Source: a virus (taxonomy: Duplodnaviria > Caudoviricetes). Taken from it: a stretch of 40,152 nucleotides of DNA. Location of the stretch: the IMG/VR virus record IMGVR_UViG_3300028633_000016, positions 1 through 40,152 of that record; one strand, given 5' to 3'. Position numbers and translations under genes: made by a program. Below, one piece after another: positions 17,169-32,100 of the stretch. Position 1 is the stretch's first letter. The number at the start of each line of letters is the position of its first letter. The notes beneath the pieces were generated by a model that saw nothing but the letters and a program-made list of their open reading frames with translations, had not been told where the DNA came from and made no database searches.

Positions 17169-20100
17169 ATGGAGAAGAAACGCAAGAAAGAAGAGGTTCC
17201 GGAACAGGCACCGCAGATCCCGGTTGAACAACCAACGCAGGATTATACTCCCGATCAGCAAAAGGTAAGGAAAGATCTCTACTTTAGGGATAGGGATACG
17301 TTCTTTGCAGACGAAAGGCTATATCGCCAGGATAGCGTCACGCAACGGGAAACGCTTGGGAAATTCTTCGATAACTTTTCCGTGTCGTATTACAATGACA
17401 TGGGCCTCACTGATGTCAATACCATTAAGGAGTTAAGGCAAAAGTTTATTGACGATAACATTGGCAAGTTAAGTCTTGCAAAAAAAAAAGAGGTCGAAGA
17501 ACAACCCACAGAAGTTCCGGAAGTCGATTATCCAGACTTTGTGGACAAATCTCAAATCTCAAATCAATTCTATTCAAGACAGGACATAATTAAGCCTGTC
17601 ATCAGCGATACCTATCTCAACAAGGCAAATGAAGGATACAAGGCCGTTCGTGCGGAAGAGGAGAAGATAGCCGGCGTTGTTCCGAAGCTTCTTGAACACC
17701 CCGATTACAACTATATTAAGACCAATCCAGAACAGTATGTCCTACTGGAGGGATTCGGAGAAAAGAAGAAGGTTGAGAAATACCTGAAAGAGCAGGGGAT
17801 TCCGAAGGAGGAGCGTAGCCGGATACTGGATATGCTTCATTATACTGCCACCCGTAGCAATATTGAGAAATTAAAAGCTGCATGGGATCCGGAGAAACTT
17901 AATTTGGCAGTAGATCAGGAGGCCGTTCCCTATGTTAAGGATGTCAAGCCAGGAACATTCATTGATCCTCTTACCGGTCAGAGGAAGCTGCAACCTGAAA
18001 CCGAAGAGGATGCGGATCAATTAGCGCTTATCCAGAAATATATGCAGGAGATCCGGAACGGAGCAATCGCTTCATCCCCGGACAATCCTCTGTCAAAAAA
18101 GAAAGAGCAGATTGATCAGAAACAAGATCAACTAGTTGAGGCATATCAACAGGTAGAAGAACTCCGAAAGGTTGCCCAGGATTCACTTAAAGGAGCATTG
18201 ATAGCTACTAGTCCGGAGGTGGATGCGTGGAAGAAAGCACAGATAGATCTCATTAAAATGCAATCAGATCTTGAGAAAGAGATCAATGATTTCAATGAGG
18301 CTATTGATACTGATAAGAATATAGCAGGAGCTATAACCGGAAATCCCTCCGATAAGCAGAGACTGCAGCAGATAGTCCAGGATTCATTTATTGAAAAGAA
18401 GTTTTGGGATAAAGAATATGACAGACTCAATAAGATATACAAGGAGACTTCAACTCCTTATGCAGATCCAGAACAGGCCGCAAGGACTATAGGGTTCCGG
18501 CCGGCACCAATATCTCCGGCAATGGAGAACGCCAGACGTATGAAGTATGAGAAAACAGCCATGTTTGAGGCCGCATCCCGTATGTATTACGCCAATGAGG
18601 GACCGATGGATATCAAGAAAGATGCAAAATATCAGCTTGAAGTATTGGGTGACGCTATCCTGAAGGGAGTGTCTCATCAGGATATCCTTGGGGACAAAGT
18701 AACGGAGCAACAGGTTCTCATGAAAATGGGCGAACTTGGAATGAGAGAGGGTCTTCTTACTGATGAGGAATTAGACTATATCACTCCCGGATTCCTTGAG
18801 CAAGTAATGTCATTCTCAGGATCCTTGGCGGCAGATCTCCCCATGCTTATGCTTGTCGGCGGAGCAACGAATGCCGTAAAGTCCATTCCTCTTATCAGCA
18901 AGTTACGCTATGGCCATAAGGTCATCCAGAACCCTGTATTGAAGGAGGCCGGCAAGCCTCTGACCAGGACACTCCGGTTCGCAGACCCGGTGCCTACCGG
19001 ATGGAAGGTCATCAGCGAGGTCAAGCCAACCGCTATAAGCAAGCTGAAGGGTACGATTATCTCATCTGTTATTGACGAAGCGGCATTTACGGGGATGATG
19101 GGGATGACTCCGGGGTTTATGACCGGTATCAATACTGCTCACTTATTTCTCCCAGAGGTTAAGCTGAAGGGAAAATGGGGAAATATCCTTCAGCCATTTA
19201 TAGACACAGTATATAAGAGTGCCATCGGTGCAACAGCCGGGATGGAGGCCGGTCTTGCAACAACCGCTATGGCTAACGCCCTGCTCTCTGATAGTACCAT
19301 CAAGCAGGAGATGGATAATCTCTATCCTAATCTTGATGAGGTAACAAAGAGGGTGCTGGTAGAACTTACCGTCAATGGGATCTTCTTTGGTGGCATGGGA
19401 GCATTGACAACCGGAAGCCAAAAGGCAATGACAGCACCCCTTGGGGCTAAATGGGGTAAGTCTGGAGGTACGTCCTGGACGGCGTATTTTAATCCAAAAA
19501 TGAGGGCCAGAGTATTTGAGGCCGCGAGAACCGCAGACTCAAAGGGATATACTGATACTGCGAAGGAACTATACCGGTGGCTTGACATGACTAAGGAGCC
19601 GATCACAGGCAAAGATCTGAAAATGCAGAGGCTCGCAGAAGTTGAGGGATATGCGAGATCACTGCCGGTTGGTACTCTCCGGATGGCCGTTGATGCCAAT
19701 AGGGATGCGATCCGTGTTCTGGAGAACCTGAATAATGATCCTAATTTTGACGGATATGTGACCATCAAGACATCTTCCGCAAAGGATGTAAAGCCTACGG
19801 ATGTTGTTCAAATGGACGGCAAATATTATGAAGTAAGCGAGATTGCCAAGGGGAAAGATGGTAAGCCGATTGAGTTTACTCTTATCGATATTGAAAGTGG
19901 CCAAAAGACAAAGGCATTAACAGAAGATGTCAAGACCGACATCTACTATAAGGTAGGCAGCCGCCTTGAACTTGGTCTTCGACTTGAGAACCATTACGAG
20001 AGACTACAAGTCTTCAACGAGGTACTTGCCGACAAAGGATTCTATGGCAAGGAGGCCCAGGCGCTCATGGCCGGGCCACCGCCTCCAAAAGGATTAGGCC

Positions 20101-23100
20101 GGGCAACTGGAACATTCTATGTTAAGCCACCGGAGCCTACAAAGATCGAAAAGAGGTTGAAGCGACTGGAGGCCGATAAGGCCGAGATGCAGAAGGCCGG
20201 CATTGAGCCTATTGAGATGCCGGAGAAGCTTCGCAAAGAATATCCATACGGAGAACCGGAGAAACTTATGGAGACTCCGGCCGGCAAATTTTCAGAGAAC
20301 CTTGCCAAGGCACAGGAACTACTTTCAAAGGAGACCGAGAATATTGACAAGAAGCTGGGCGAACTGAACAAGCAGTTGGAGGGATATTCCAAAAGAGAGT
20401 TCCGGAAGGAGAGGGAACTGGCCAGGGAAGAGATCCAGAGACTTGAATACGCCAAGCAGGAACTTGCATTAAAGTTTGAGAAAGAGTTCGACCAGTTCTT
20501 TACCGACAGCATGCCTGTAATAGAGAGCCACATCAAGGGCAAAGGAGATTTCAGCAATGAAGAAATAAAGGAGATCATTGGAATTGCCTGGGATAAGATT
20601 ACAAACCCATCCAAGGAAACCAAAGATCTGAGCATTGGAGAGATCTTCGACCAGAGCATCGCGGAGTTTACCGGAGAAAAGCCAGATGTCAAACCGGTAG
20701 AGCCAATGGACCGCATGAGAGAGATTGAGGCAATGGCAAAGGCCGAAGGATATACTTTTACTGTCAATCCTGATGCTGACCCTGACCGGACCGTTGTTGA
20801 TGTGGCAGACGCAGAGGGAAGGATCATTGACTGGGATGAACTACCAAGGGGTATCAGAGAGATGGCCGAGGAATTTTCCGAGTTAATGCACAAGGAAGAG
20901 ATAGCGACAGGGGGAGAGCCTTCCGGAAAATTCCAGGATGATTATACTCCGACACAAATAAAGGGAATGTATGAGTTCTTTGGAGTCAAATTTGATCGAG
21001 TAACCGTTATTCGGATGCCCGATGGTGCTTATCGTATTAAGTTTGATGAAGAGGATCCTATCTTTATACGAAGCAATGAAGATCTAATAGCTGAGTTTCA
21101 GAAGAGAACCGATGCGGATGTTGCAAAGATTAAGGAACAACTGACACAGAGGGGAATAAATATTCAGAAAAAAGAAACTACAAAAAAAATAATACCTACT
21201 GCAAAGCCTCAGTTCCCAGAGGGATTTAAGTCCACGATTACCAGCAAGACTGACAAGATGGGCGTAAATAAGTTTACTTACGCACTATATGAGCCTGACG
21301 GGAAGACGAAGGTATCTCAACTTACCTTCGATATTGAGGAAAAAATGGGCGAGAAGTGGTTGTCTGCACCTCAGATAGTCACTGTAACCGGACAGGAAAA
21401 GAAGGGATATGCTACCGAACTCTATAAATATGCCCTTCAGAATATGCCGGAAGGCATAAGCGGCATATATTCAATAGCATCAGAGATCCATGACAAGGGG
21501 GCCGTCGGCGCCATCCATGACAAGCTTGCCCAGTTCTATAATATCAAGGTACTGGAGAATGGTGACAAGATCATAAGGCCTAAAAAGGCCGAAGAGGCTA
21601 CAAAGGGAGTGGATCCGGAGGAGAGAAGAAGGTTTGTCAATAACCAGTTAGTTTCTCTGGCGTTGGAATATAATGCTTCCGGGAGGGTGGCCGACAAAAG
21701 GAATATCCTTCAGCGAATAAATTCCTTGGCAAGCGAGATCGGCTATACCGTTAAGATGGACGGCAAGACTGTTGTTGTTCTTAACGAGAAGGGGAAAAAG
21801 GCCCGGAGCATCAGCTTAAAAGAGGCCTATGATACCCTTGAAACAATAGATGATCCCGGATTCAAAGAGTTTCTGGGACAGGCCATAAACGCATGGGAGT
21901 TTTTCTATAGCATAGATGCTCCGGCAATGGGCGAGGTTGGCCTTAAAACTGCCGCAGAGATCCTTTTGGCCGGGAGGGGTACCAAGCATACCCAGTTGCT
22001 TGTTGATGCCTTACGGCAGATGTATCAGCGCGGAGAACTGGTATTCGACGATCCCTTTGGGACAAAGATGTATCATCCGGTTGCGGAGTACATGGAATAC
22101 ATCAAAGGAGTGAAAGCCGAAGCCTGGACTAATTTCATTGCAGAATATGGAGATCTCACCATTGAGAATGTTGAGGAAGCCGCCAAAAGAAGGATCATTG
22201 ATAAAGCAGATGTCCAGTTATACAAACAAGCAATAGCAGAAGAACATGAAATCAGAAGAAAGCTTGAAGCAGAATGGGCCGCAGAAGAAGCGCGACGTGC
22301 CGCCGGAGGAATTAGCGAAGAAGACAATGCGCCTGATGTGGTTAAAGGCAAGGGTGCAGAGCCTAAAGAACCAGCGCCTAAACCAAGTCCCGAACCAAAA
22401 GAATACAGGTATCAGTTAACTCTCCGGCCGGCCTCAGAAGGAGGTTATCCAAAAGAAGGTCTTGTTAAAGTAGAACTAGAACCTGGTCAAAAATTTGAAA
22501 CGCTCATATATGACAGAAAACTTACAGCTAAAGAGCGTGGTCATTTTGATTTGCGACCACTAACTGAGATCGCTGACATCAAGGGAAAAGACCTGGTTGA
22601 CAAGGATGGTAATTACAGTAAGATCAGCCTTAAATGGCATGAGATGGGATCTGCTGATGTCTCCATGTATGACATGGATGGGGAGTTGGTGGAGAAGCCA
22701 TTTATGATGAGTGCTGATGACATCCTCCGGAATATTGAAACCGGTTATTGGATTGTTCAGGAAGAAAAGCCAGCACCTAAAGAAAAGCCAGTAGAACCTA
22801 CGAAACCCGGTAAGCCAGCCAAGAAGCAAGTAGACATAGCCAAGGATCTCAAGGACATGAAGGATCTCCTAAACTTATTAGGAGGTCCGGATCCGGCAGG
22901 GTTTGGCATGGAAGGTGGCGGTGAGGACGAGATGAAGGTCCGCATGAACATGATGGCCACAAAGATGATCGGTAAGTTTGCGGAAGCCGGGATAACGAAC
23001 TTTGAGGATATGCTTGAGCAGATCATTCCTCAACTGGACGCACCTGTATTACAGAGATTACTTCCATTTATCAAGCAGGGATTTGGAGCATTATCCATGA

Positions 23101-26100
23101 ACTCCACTGATGAGATCATGGAGAAGATGTCCGCGCAACTTCCATTTGTGAGAAAGTTCGGACAGACTGAATTAGATAACCTTATTGCCAGAATGAACGC
23201 ACCGGAAGAGACTGCAGATGATTTCTCCGATGTTATTGGCAAAGAGTTCCGCATAATAAAGAATAGCAAGAGAATAACAATACACCACGTTGAAGAATGG
23301 GGAGAGGCTGAATACTTTAAGAATGTAAAGGCCCATGACGGACTCTTTGCAGAGGAGCAGAAATTCCCGATGCTTGTGGTTGCATTTGACAGGGAGCCGT
23401 TCAAGTACGCAAAACTTGAGACCCTGCGTAAAGGAATTGCAAGTGGTCAGATAGTAGAGATAGTCCCAAAGCCGGAGTACAATAATCCTGAAAGGACGGA
23501 AGCCTATAACAAGATCGCACAGGAATTTGAGAAACTTGGGGATAGGGAAATGGCCGAATGGATCCGGGGAAGAGCAAAGGTAGAGCCGGCCAGAGGATTG
23601 ACACTGGAGAAGGATATTGAAAACCTGAAAGCATGCGTGAGCGAACGGAAACTTGAACTCCAGGTTAAATATGGGGAGATATGGTTTGAGCCAAAGCCGT
23701 TTACACCACTGACCGCAAAGAACCTGTTTGGCATTATTGACAGGGTAGATGAATCCGGGGATCCGTTGGAGCCTTACATCATGGCCAATGTGCCGGCAGA
23801 GACATTAAAGAAGGTCCTAGATTTACTGAATGAGGTAAATCGTTGGAAGGCATTTATCGGTATGCCACAGGACGGGATCCTTCCATATAGGTTCCTGCAG
23901 AACCAGTTTGGAGGTATTGCCCCGATAGATCTTCTTCTATTTCTTGGGCAAGAAGCCAGAAGAATAGCAAAGGGAGACAAGCGCACAAAGCCAGAGAAGA
24001 TACAGCAGAGACTGAAACAACTGGACGAGGCCATAGTTGCCGGAGAGAAAAAGCTTATTGACCTGAAAAAGTATCTGTTTACACACAGGATAGCATACTA
24101 CCTCAACAATGGTGTTGCAATAGGCAATGTTGGAGATCTGAAACGGATGGCAAAGGAAGACTTTGGCATTACGGACCTGACTACCATCCGGGATCAAGCA
24201 GAGATGGCTCTGACCATGCTGGCAAAAAGAATCGCACAGAACAGCACTATTGACTTCTCTGATCGCTTCTACCGAATTGTTGCGTTATATGAATCCTTCC
24301 CATTGCAGGACAGGCTTGCAACGAGCCAGGTCAAGGAATTAAAGCAGTTCAGTACTCCGGTCCCCTTGGGATTTCTTATGGGCGCATATACAAACTCCGA
24401 TGTCGTGCAGTCTGTATTGGATCCTACCGGAGGACATGGGGCGTTGGTGATATTTGCAAACACAAAGAATGTTCGCATTAATGAGATAGATCCAAACCGG
24501 TTCCAGAGCCTGTTATCGCAGGGATATCGCGTCACAAATTATGATGCCAGGGAAAGCCTCAAGGGAAAACTGGATCCGTCAATTTTCTATGCAGTCAATA
24601 CAAATCCTCCGTTCGGCCTTGACGTGGAGGGAGACTTTAAGGGTGCAGGGAAATATCCCTACACTCTCTCCGGTACGCACTATATGGTGGCTCTGGCTCT
24701 GGAGAACATGGCAGATGAAGGTAAGGCCGCAGTCATCATTGGTTATCACACCAAGTTCGACAAGGACGGATACATGACGGGCGAAGATCTCAAATTCTTC
24801 AACTGGCTTCACTCCAATTTTTATGTAGAAGATGTCATCCAGATTGCCGGAGATCTTTATAGCAAGATGGGAACCTCATTTCCAACACGACTTATTCTCA
24901 TCAATGGAAGGAAGCCGGCATTTGAAGGATTCGCACCACAGAGAACGGAGAATGATGTTCCTCTTAATAACTGGACAGACGTATTCAATCGAATAACGAA
25001 AATAATATCAGATCCACATGAAAAATCTATTCTACAATCCAAGGTGGATGCCATCGGAAGGGACGGTACGTCTGTTCGCAGTACCGATTCATCCAAACCA
25101 AAAAATACAGAAGATATCGGACCTGTACAGCCCCCTCCGGGAGAGGTACCTGGCACTCCTGGCGAACGTCCCGGAGAGACAAAGAAGCCGACTATTGGAG
25201 ATGTACCTAAATCTGCCCCCGGAGAGGACGTTGAGCGCCCAGGTGGACCAGATACTGAGTTGCCCACAGATGATAAGTCACCTAGGGGCATTGAGAACCC
25301 GTTTAAAAGACCAACCCCAGTCGATAGGGGAGAAATACGGCCCCCAGCAAATCCAGGCGATCTTCCACCAGACAGATCTAGAGAGCCTATTGAGCGAACT
25401 GGAAGATCCCTCGGACTCATAGATCGGGAGAGTGATGCGGTAATCCCCTATGTGCCGTTAAGCCGGATCCCCTCCGGAAACGAGATGGTACCGGGAGCGA
25501 TGGCGCAACAGCTTGAGGATGCGTTAATGCAACTCAAGGCAGAGGTTGGCGACATAGATGAATACGTTATGCAGAAACTCAAGTATAATAGTCTTGAGCA
25601 TCTCGCAAGTGCCTTCTATGGCTCACAGGTTGATGGCGTAGCTATGTCCATATTCAACATTGAGAATGGTGATGCAACCATTATCGGGGACCAGACGGGC
25701 GTTGGCAAGGGAAGGATAGCTGCCGGAGCAGTCGCTTATGCTATTGAGAACGGATTTACACCGATATTCATTACGAAGACCGCCAATCTATTCACGGATA
25801 TCTACCGCGACTTGTTTGATATAGGTAAGGCTGACTATGTGCCATTCATTATAAACAAGGAATATGGAGGAGAGGTAACAAAGATCTATAAGCCAAACAG
25901 CGAAGAGGTCATGTTCACCTGGGATCCCAAGAAATATGAGGCCGCAATAGCTAAAGGTGAACTTCCAAAGGGAACACATTTCGTCATTGCAACCTATTCC
26001 CAATTTAATACAGACAAGGGAAATTCACTCAAGCGCAGAGAGTTCCTTCTCAGCTTGGCTCCTAATGCCGTGTTTATCATGGACGAGAGCCACGATGCTT

Positions 26101-29100
26101 CAGGAAACAGTAATACGGGTGAGTTCTTTAAGGACTTTATCCAGCGAGCCAAGGGAGGAGTTTACCTGTCTGCGACATTTGCAAAAAGACCGGACAACCT
26201 ACCAATCTACGCCATGAAAACAGTCCTGAGAGAGGCAAACATGTCGTATGAAGATCTTGTTGAAGCAATCAGTAACGGAGGTCCGGCACTTCAGGAGATC
26301 ATATCTTCTCAGCTTGCTCAGAGTATCCAGTTTACCAGGAGGCAGCTTAATATGGAGAATATCGAGCGTAACTGGTATGTACTTGGCAACGATGAATCGG
26401 GAAGTATGTTCTATAATCCCGAACTTGGCAAGCAGTTAAGGAAGGATTACGATGCCGTAACAGAGATTATGAGGGAGATTGTTCAGTTCCAACGCCAGCA
26501 TATTAAGCCCGTCATCGAAGGAATGGATAAGGACATCAAGAAACAGGGAGAAAGGGCCGGGATCAAAAAAGGTACTGTTGACCTGGGGGTTGACAACTAT
26601 CCTTATTTCAGCAAAGTATTCAATGTGGTCAACCAATTATTGCTCTCTATTAAAGTGAAACATGTGATTCCTTTAATAGTGGATGAGTTAAGGAAAGGAA
26701 GGAAGCCTTTTATTACATTAAGCAGCACGATGGAGGCCATGATCCAGGATCTTAACCTTGAATATGATGAGGTGATTGAGGCTGATTTCCGTGAGGTTTT
26801 GAGAAGGGGTCTTAACGGGGTGATGAGGTACACTGTTAAGACTCCATCAGGAGTACCAGAACACCATGTTCTTGACCTGAGTGAACTCAGTGATATGGGA
26901 TCCGCAGCATATAAGGCGCTGATGGACAAGATCCGTACCGTATCAACCGGGATAAGTATCTCTCCGATAGATGTTCTCATCAAAGGAATCCAGGACGCAG
27001 GGTTTAAGGTTGCAGAGATAACCGGCAGGCAGACGAGATTTGAACTTTCTGATGATTACATCAAAGGAAAGTACGTCCCAAATCGCAGACCGAATAAGAA
27101 CAAACTACTCACAAGCTTTAACAATGAACCGGGATGGGCGATAATTGCAAACGTATCCGGGTCAACCGGTCTATCCGCGCACAGTAAGCCGACATATAAA
27201 GATACCATGCAGAGGGTAGGCATAAACCTTCAGCCGGATCTTGATGTCAACGTGGTAGTGCAGAAGGATGGTAGGATAAACAGATCTGACCAGGTAAACA
27301 AGCCGGAGTATATCCATATCATATCCGTTCTGCCGGCAGAGAAGCGCATAGCAATGATGAATGCCAAAAAGCTGAAATCACTCTATGCCAACACAACCTC
27401 AAATCAGCAGTCAAGTAAATCTATTACTGACACAACTGACTTCCTAAATAAGTACGGAGATCAGATTGTCCTTGAATACTTACAGGAGAATCCGGATATC
27501 AATGACAAGATGGGGAATCCGGTGGATCTATCCAAAGATGCCCCGGAAACTGCCGGACTTGCCCATAAGGTCACAGGGAAACTGGCAATACTTCCGATAG
27601 ACGAACAGGAGGCGTTTTATAATGAGATCATTCAGAGATATGAGGCCGAGATAGATTATCTTAATGCTACGGATCAGAATGATCTTGAGGTCAAGAATGT
27701 CCCCCTGAACGCAGTTACACTGGAGAAAGAGGTTGCCGTCATGGGCAAGGGAGGAATCTCTGTATTTGGGGATGATACTGTACTGGAAACCGTAGAGGTG
27801 GACATGATGCGGAAACCCTTGTCAAAGAAACAGATTGACGAAGCGGTTAGTGCCGTGCTTGGAGATAAAGACGTTGAGGCTTATACGGCTGATCTTATTG
27901 CCAAGATGAAGGCTGGTATTGATGAAGTATATTCTAAGAGGATTGCCAATCTTCAGCAGACCTATGATGCTGTTGTTGCAGCTAAAAGAAAAGAGGCCGA
28001 ATCAAAAACTGGTCGTGCGGAAGATATTGAGTACACCTTAAAGAATGAACTTGAAGATCTGAGAACAAGGCATGAGGATATGATTGCTGCAAATCTCAGT
28101 TTTGCTGAGGTAAACAAGGATCGATACGTTCGACTGATGCGGTTCTTTTATCCTGGCAGAGTGCTTGAAGTACCATTCGATGCTTCTGGCGACCTATCTC
28201 TGATACGAATGAATAAGGGAATCTTCCTTGGTTTTGATATAAATGAGGCAAAATCTAATCCTTATGCTCCGAGCAATGTTATACTGCGTTTTGCTACTGC
28301 AGATAGCCGAAGACAATTCCGGGTACCGGCAAGCAAGGATCCTTACATAAGTCAGATCCTGGCCAACTCCTATGGTATTCGTCAAAGCGAACAGGCAGAG
28401 ATCCGGGAGACATGGGATAAAATAAGACCATCAAGAGAGCGTGAGAAGAGATACATCGTTACTGGCAACATCTTGCAGGGAATGGCCAAATTTAACAAAG
28501 GCCGGTTGATTGAGTTCACCATGCAAGACGGAACGGTGCGTCAGGGATTATTGCTTCCGGAAAATTTCATAAAAGACGAGAGAAAGAAGATTGTTATTCC
28601 AGCATCAAAGGCACTGAACATAGTTAAAGGCCTTGCCATCATGGACTACATTGAGAGTTCAAGTGGTAATATCCAGATCCTGAAGGACAGGCCAACATAT
28701 GATGGCAGCGTAACCTATCAGTTAAGAGTGCCTGCCTCAAGGAGTCGCGGCGAGAAATACTGGGGAGATAAAGGATTGCAAGATTTTGTCTATGACCGGA
28801 TATTCAATGTGCATGGGGATAAGATGGTTGGGATTGTATCAGAACCACGACTTGAGGGGTTACTGAACTACATTGAGAAGCAATATGGGGAGACTTTTGA
28901 AGTTAGGGCTGACAATGTGGTTAAAGGATCCTCAAGTCAAGGAAGCGGCATTGATATGATTCGTGAGTTTGAAAGAGCAACCAAGAAGGTAAATGGTCAT
29001 GGCGAAACGAGGCCGGAGGCTGAAGCAAAGGCCCGGAAAAGCAAGGTTGATCCCAGGGATAGAGTCAATCCGGAGCCTATTGTTGGAATGGAGCCAAAAC

Positions 29101-32100
29101 CAATATGGCAGATACTGAAAGACTTTTCAGATGTTGTCGATCAGAAAATATATTGGGATAAATCAGTTAGGCGCGGAGCCGGATCTTATACCCCGGCATT
29201 AGGGAAACTTGTTGTTGATAAGTTGTTCAAGGGCAGACTTGATGTCTCCACGCATGAACTAGGTCATGCACTTGATGATATGTTTGGATTGGTCGGACCA
29301 GAGGCAGAGCCATTGTATGATACCTTCAGGCCGGAACTTGCAAAGTTGTGGCAATTCGGGAGTAAACCACCAAAAGGGGATCCGAATCCGCTGATGTATC
29401 AGATGAGGGAAGGTGTTGCCGAGTTCTTCCGGGCATACATTGTCAATCCCGTTGAAACCGCAAGGAGATTTCCGGAATTTACCCGATGGTTTGAAGGCCG
29501 TGTAAAACGCATGAGTCCGAAGGTCTGGGATGCGATTGAAACATTAAGCAAGGATGTCAGGGAATACCTGGGCGCAAGCGGAGTGGATCGGATGCGAAAG
29601 CATGTTAAATGGGGTCTTCCAAAAGAGGGAAAGGTTAAGTGGGGATGGACCAGCCTATTTAAGCCTACGAGCAAAATGGGAGACTGGATAGTTACAAAAT
29701 TCGATCTCTTCGCTTTGAAGTGGCTGAATGAGGGGCGTATTGCGGAGAAGGCCTGGAGATGGGCAATGGCTAGTAGGGGAAAGAATGTGCAGGATCCCAC
29801 AAAAGTTCCTCCGAGCGAAAACTTTATCACGCTATCTCATCTATTGCTTGGGAGTATGGATAAGGTTGGCGACATGATGATGTTTGGAGTTACCGACAAT
29901 AAGCTGAACCGTGTCATAGATCCTGTAACCGGTGAAGCCGTAAGTATTCCCTGGCAGTATGAGGCTATTCCGAGTGGCAGTCTTGATGAAATGAAGAAAT
30001 TCATGCAAGAGGCCTTCGCTTTTAATGCCGCAGACAGAGTGCTTGAGGTTATATGGAAGATCGGAGGCCGACAGGTAAAGATTGATTTGGCACAAGACAA
30101 CGACATGCTGCCTCCCCTCGAAATACTGAAGAAGTATCCTCATATTGCTGATAAGTACCACAATAAGATTGACCGGATACTTACCAAGATAATGAAAGGG
30201 GAACTTGATCCTAAAGACGTATTCTATCCTGCTGACCGTTATAACCATGACAATGACCTTATTCTTGGTATCGCGCAGGAAGGAGAGACAGATAAGATGA
30301 TCGCGGATAAGGTTAAAAAGGAATGGGATCAGCTAAAGATCAACAATCCGGAACGTGCCAAGCAAATAGAAGAATACAACCGGCGCTATATGTTGAATGT
30401 AATGAGTTACAACAGATACGCATGGGAGGGAGGCCTGATGACGGATGATCTTTACGAATTGATAAACATTGAGGATCTGAACTACATCGCCTTTCACCGG
30501 TATTTCAGAGAGCATGGTCCCGGAACAGAGAGTTGGGAGGTCAAAGGATTTAATGACTTTTACCATATTGGAAAGGATAGCCGGGGATATGAGGGCAGAT
30601 TACACATATATACTATTAAGGGTAGTCCGCACCCAGTTGTTGATCCTTACCTAATCCAGCTTGAAACAGCGCACTCACTCATTGTTAATACCGATAAGAA
30701 TAATGTTCTGCGACACTGGGCACTTGCCTTTACTGGTGATCGGGAATTTTATGATGAGGACCGTGTTGAGATTGCGAATATTGGCTACATAACGAGACAA
30801 CCCGGACAAAGTGGAACATCGCTGAAGTTTTATCTTCGTGGGAAGCCATTATGGATTACGATTCAGGATCCGCATGTTTATGCAAGTCTCAAGGGATTAA
30901 ATGAGAGTCCGTTATTTCCGAAATGGGCAACATTCTTCCCTAGCATGCTTCGGTCAATGGTAACTCACTCCATTCCGTTCTTTATCAGAAACCCCATAAG
31001 GGACTTCTTTACAAGGTTGATCGTTGCCGGCGCAAAGACACTTCCCAATCCTCGAAAAGTAATAGAACACTATAACGAGAGGCCAAAGCACTTACTTGAT
31101 CTGGCCGGAGGTGGACAATTTGGATTCTACATTAAGAACCAGGTGGACTATTACCGTCTTCAGAGGGAGTGGATGTTTCAGCATGCCAATGATCCGCACA
31201 AGTATTTCATGGACTTTAAGACATTCATAAATACCAACTGGGATAATATTGATAGGTTCTTCTCAAAATCAGAAAAGATCAATAGGATCAGTCTTTTCAG
31301 GGCAGAGTACGATAAGGGGATCAAGATGGGACTCACTCCCTATGATGCCACTATAAGGGCCGCATTTGAGGCAAGAGACCTTCTTGACTTTCATGTGGCA
31401 GGAACGTACATGAAGAGCCTAAATCAATTTGTAGTGTTCTCCAATGCGGCCATACGGGGTCTTGACAAGATGGTAAGATCTGCAAGAGATAATCCGGGTC
31501 AATTCTTGGCATGGTGGGCGATGGTTGCATTGGCTCCGTCACTTGCCAATAGTATCCTTATTGCACAAATGGATGATGATACCATTGCGGAGTATAAGCA
31601 GTTGCCGGCATACCAGAGAGACATGTATTACAATATTCCTCTTGGTAATGGACGTTGGTTATCAATACCAAAGCCGTTTGAACTTGGATACATGGCTTCA
31701 TCGGTACAGAGAATACTCGATTCCTTAATCCTGGATGACGATAAGGCATTTACCGAAGACTGGTATCGTCTGGGGTACAAAGCATTCTTCCCGTTTGACT
31801 TTGCAGGCCTTACTGGGGGATTTGCCGGAGTAATTCATGCGGCCACAAAGAGAGATTATTTCCGGGACAAATGGATTATTCCTCCAAGCGAAATGGATAT
31901 CTCTGTGGCAATACGAAATACAGAGAGAGCTACAGTTGTCGGAAGGGGTCTGCAAAAGCTTTCCGGAATTGGAGGAGAGCCAAAATGGGATGCGCGCATG
32001 GTTGATGACTTCATCATGGCTCAGTTCCCGTATTATGGAAAATATGTTCTGAAAAGCGCAGAGATTTTGTTCTCCGATAAAGTTGTCCAGAAGGAGATGC

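Noticed and set aside
20117-20893. 258-aa minus-strand ORF and the other minus-strand/nested ORFs
   Set aside because: Ser/Leu/Phe-rich antisense shadows of Lys/Glu-rich + strand genes, with no recognisable motifs.
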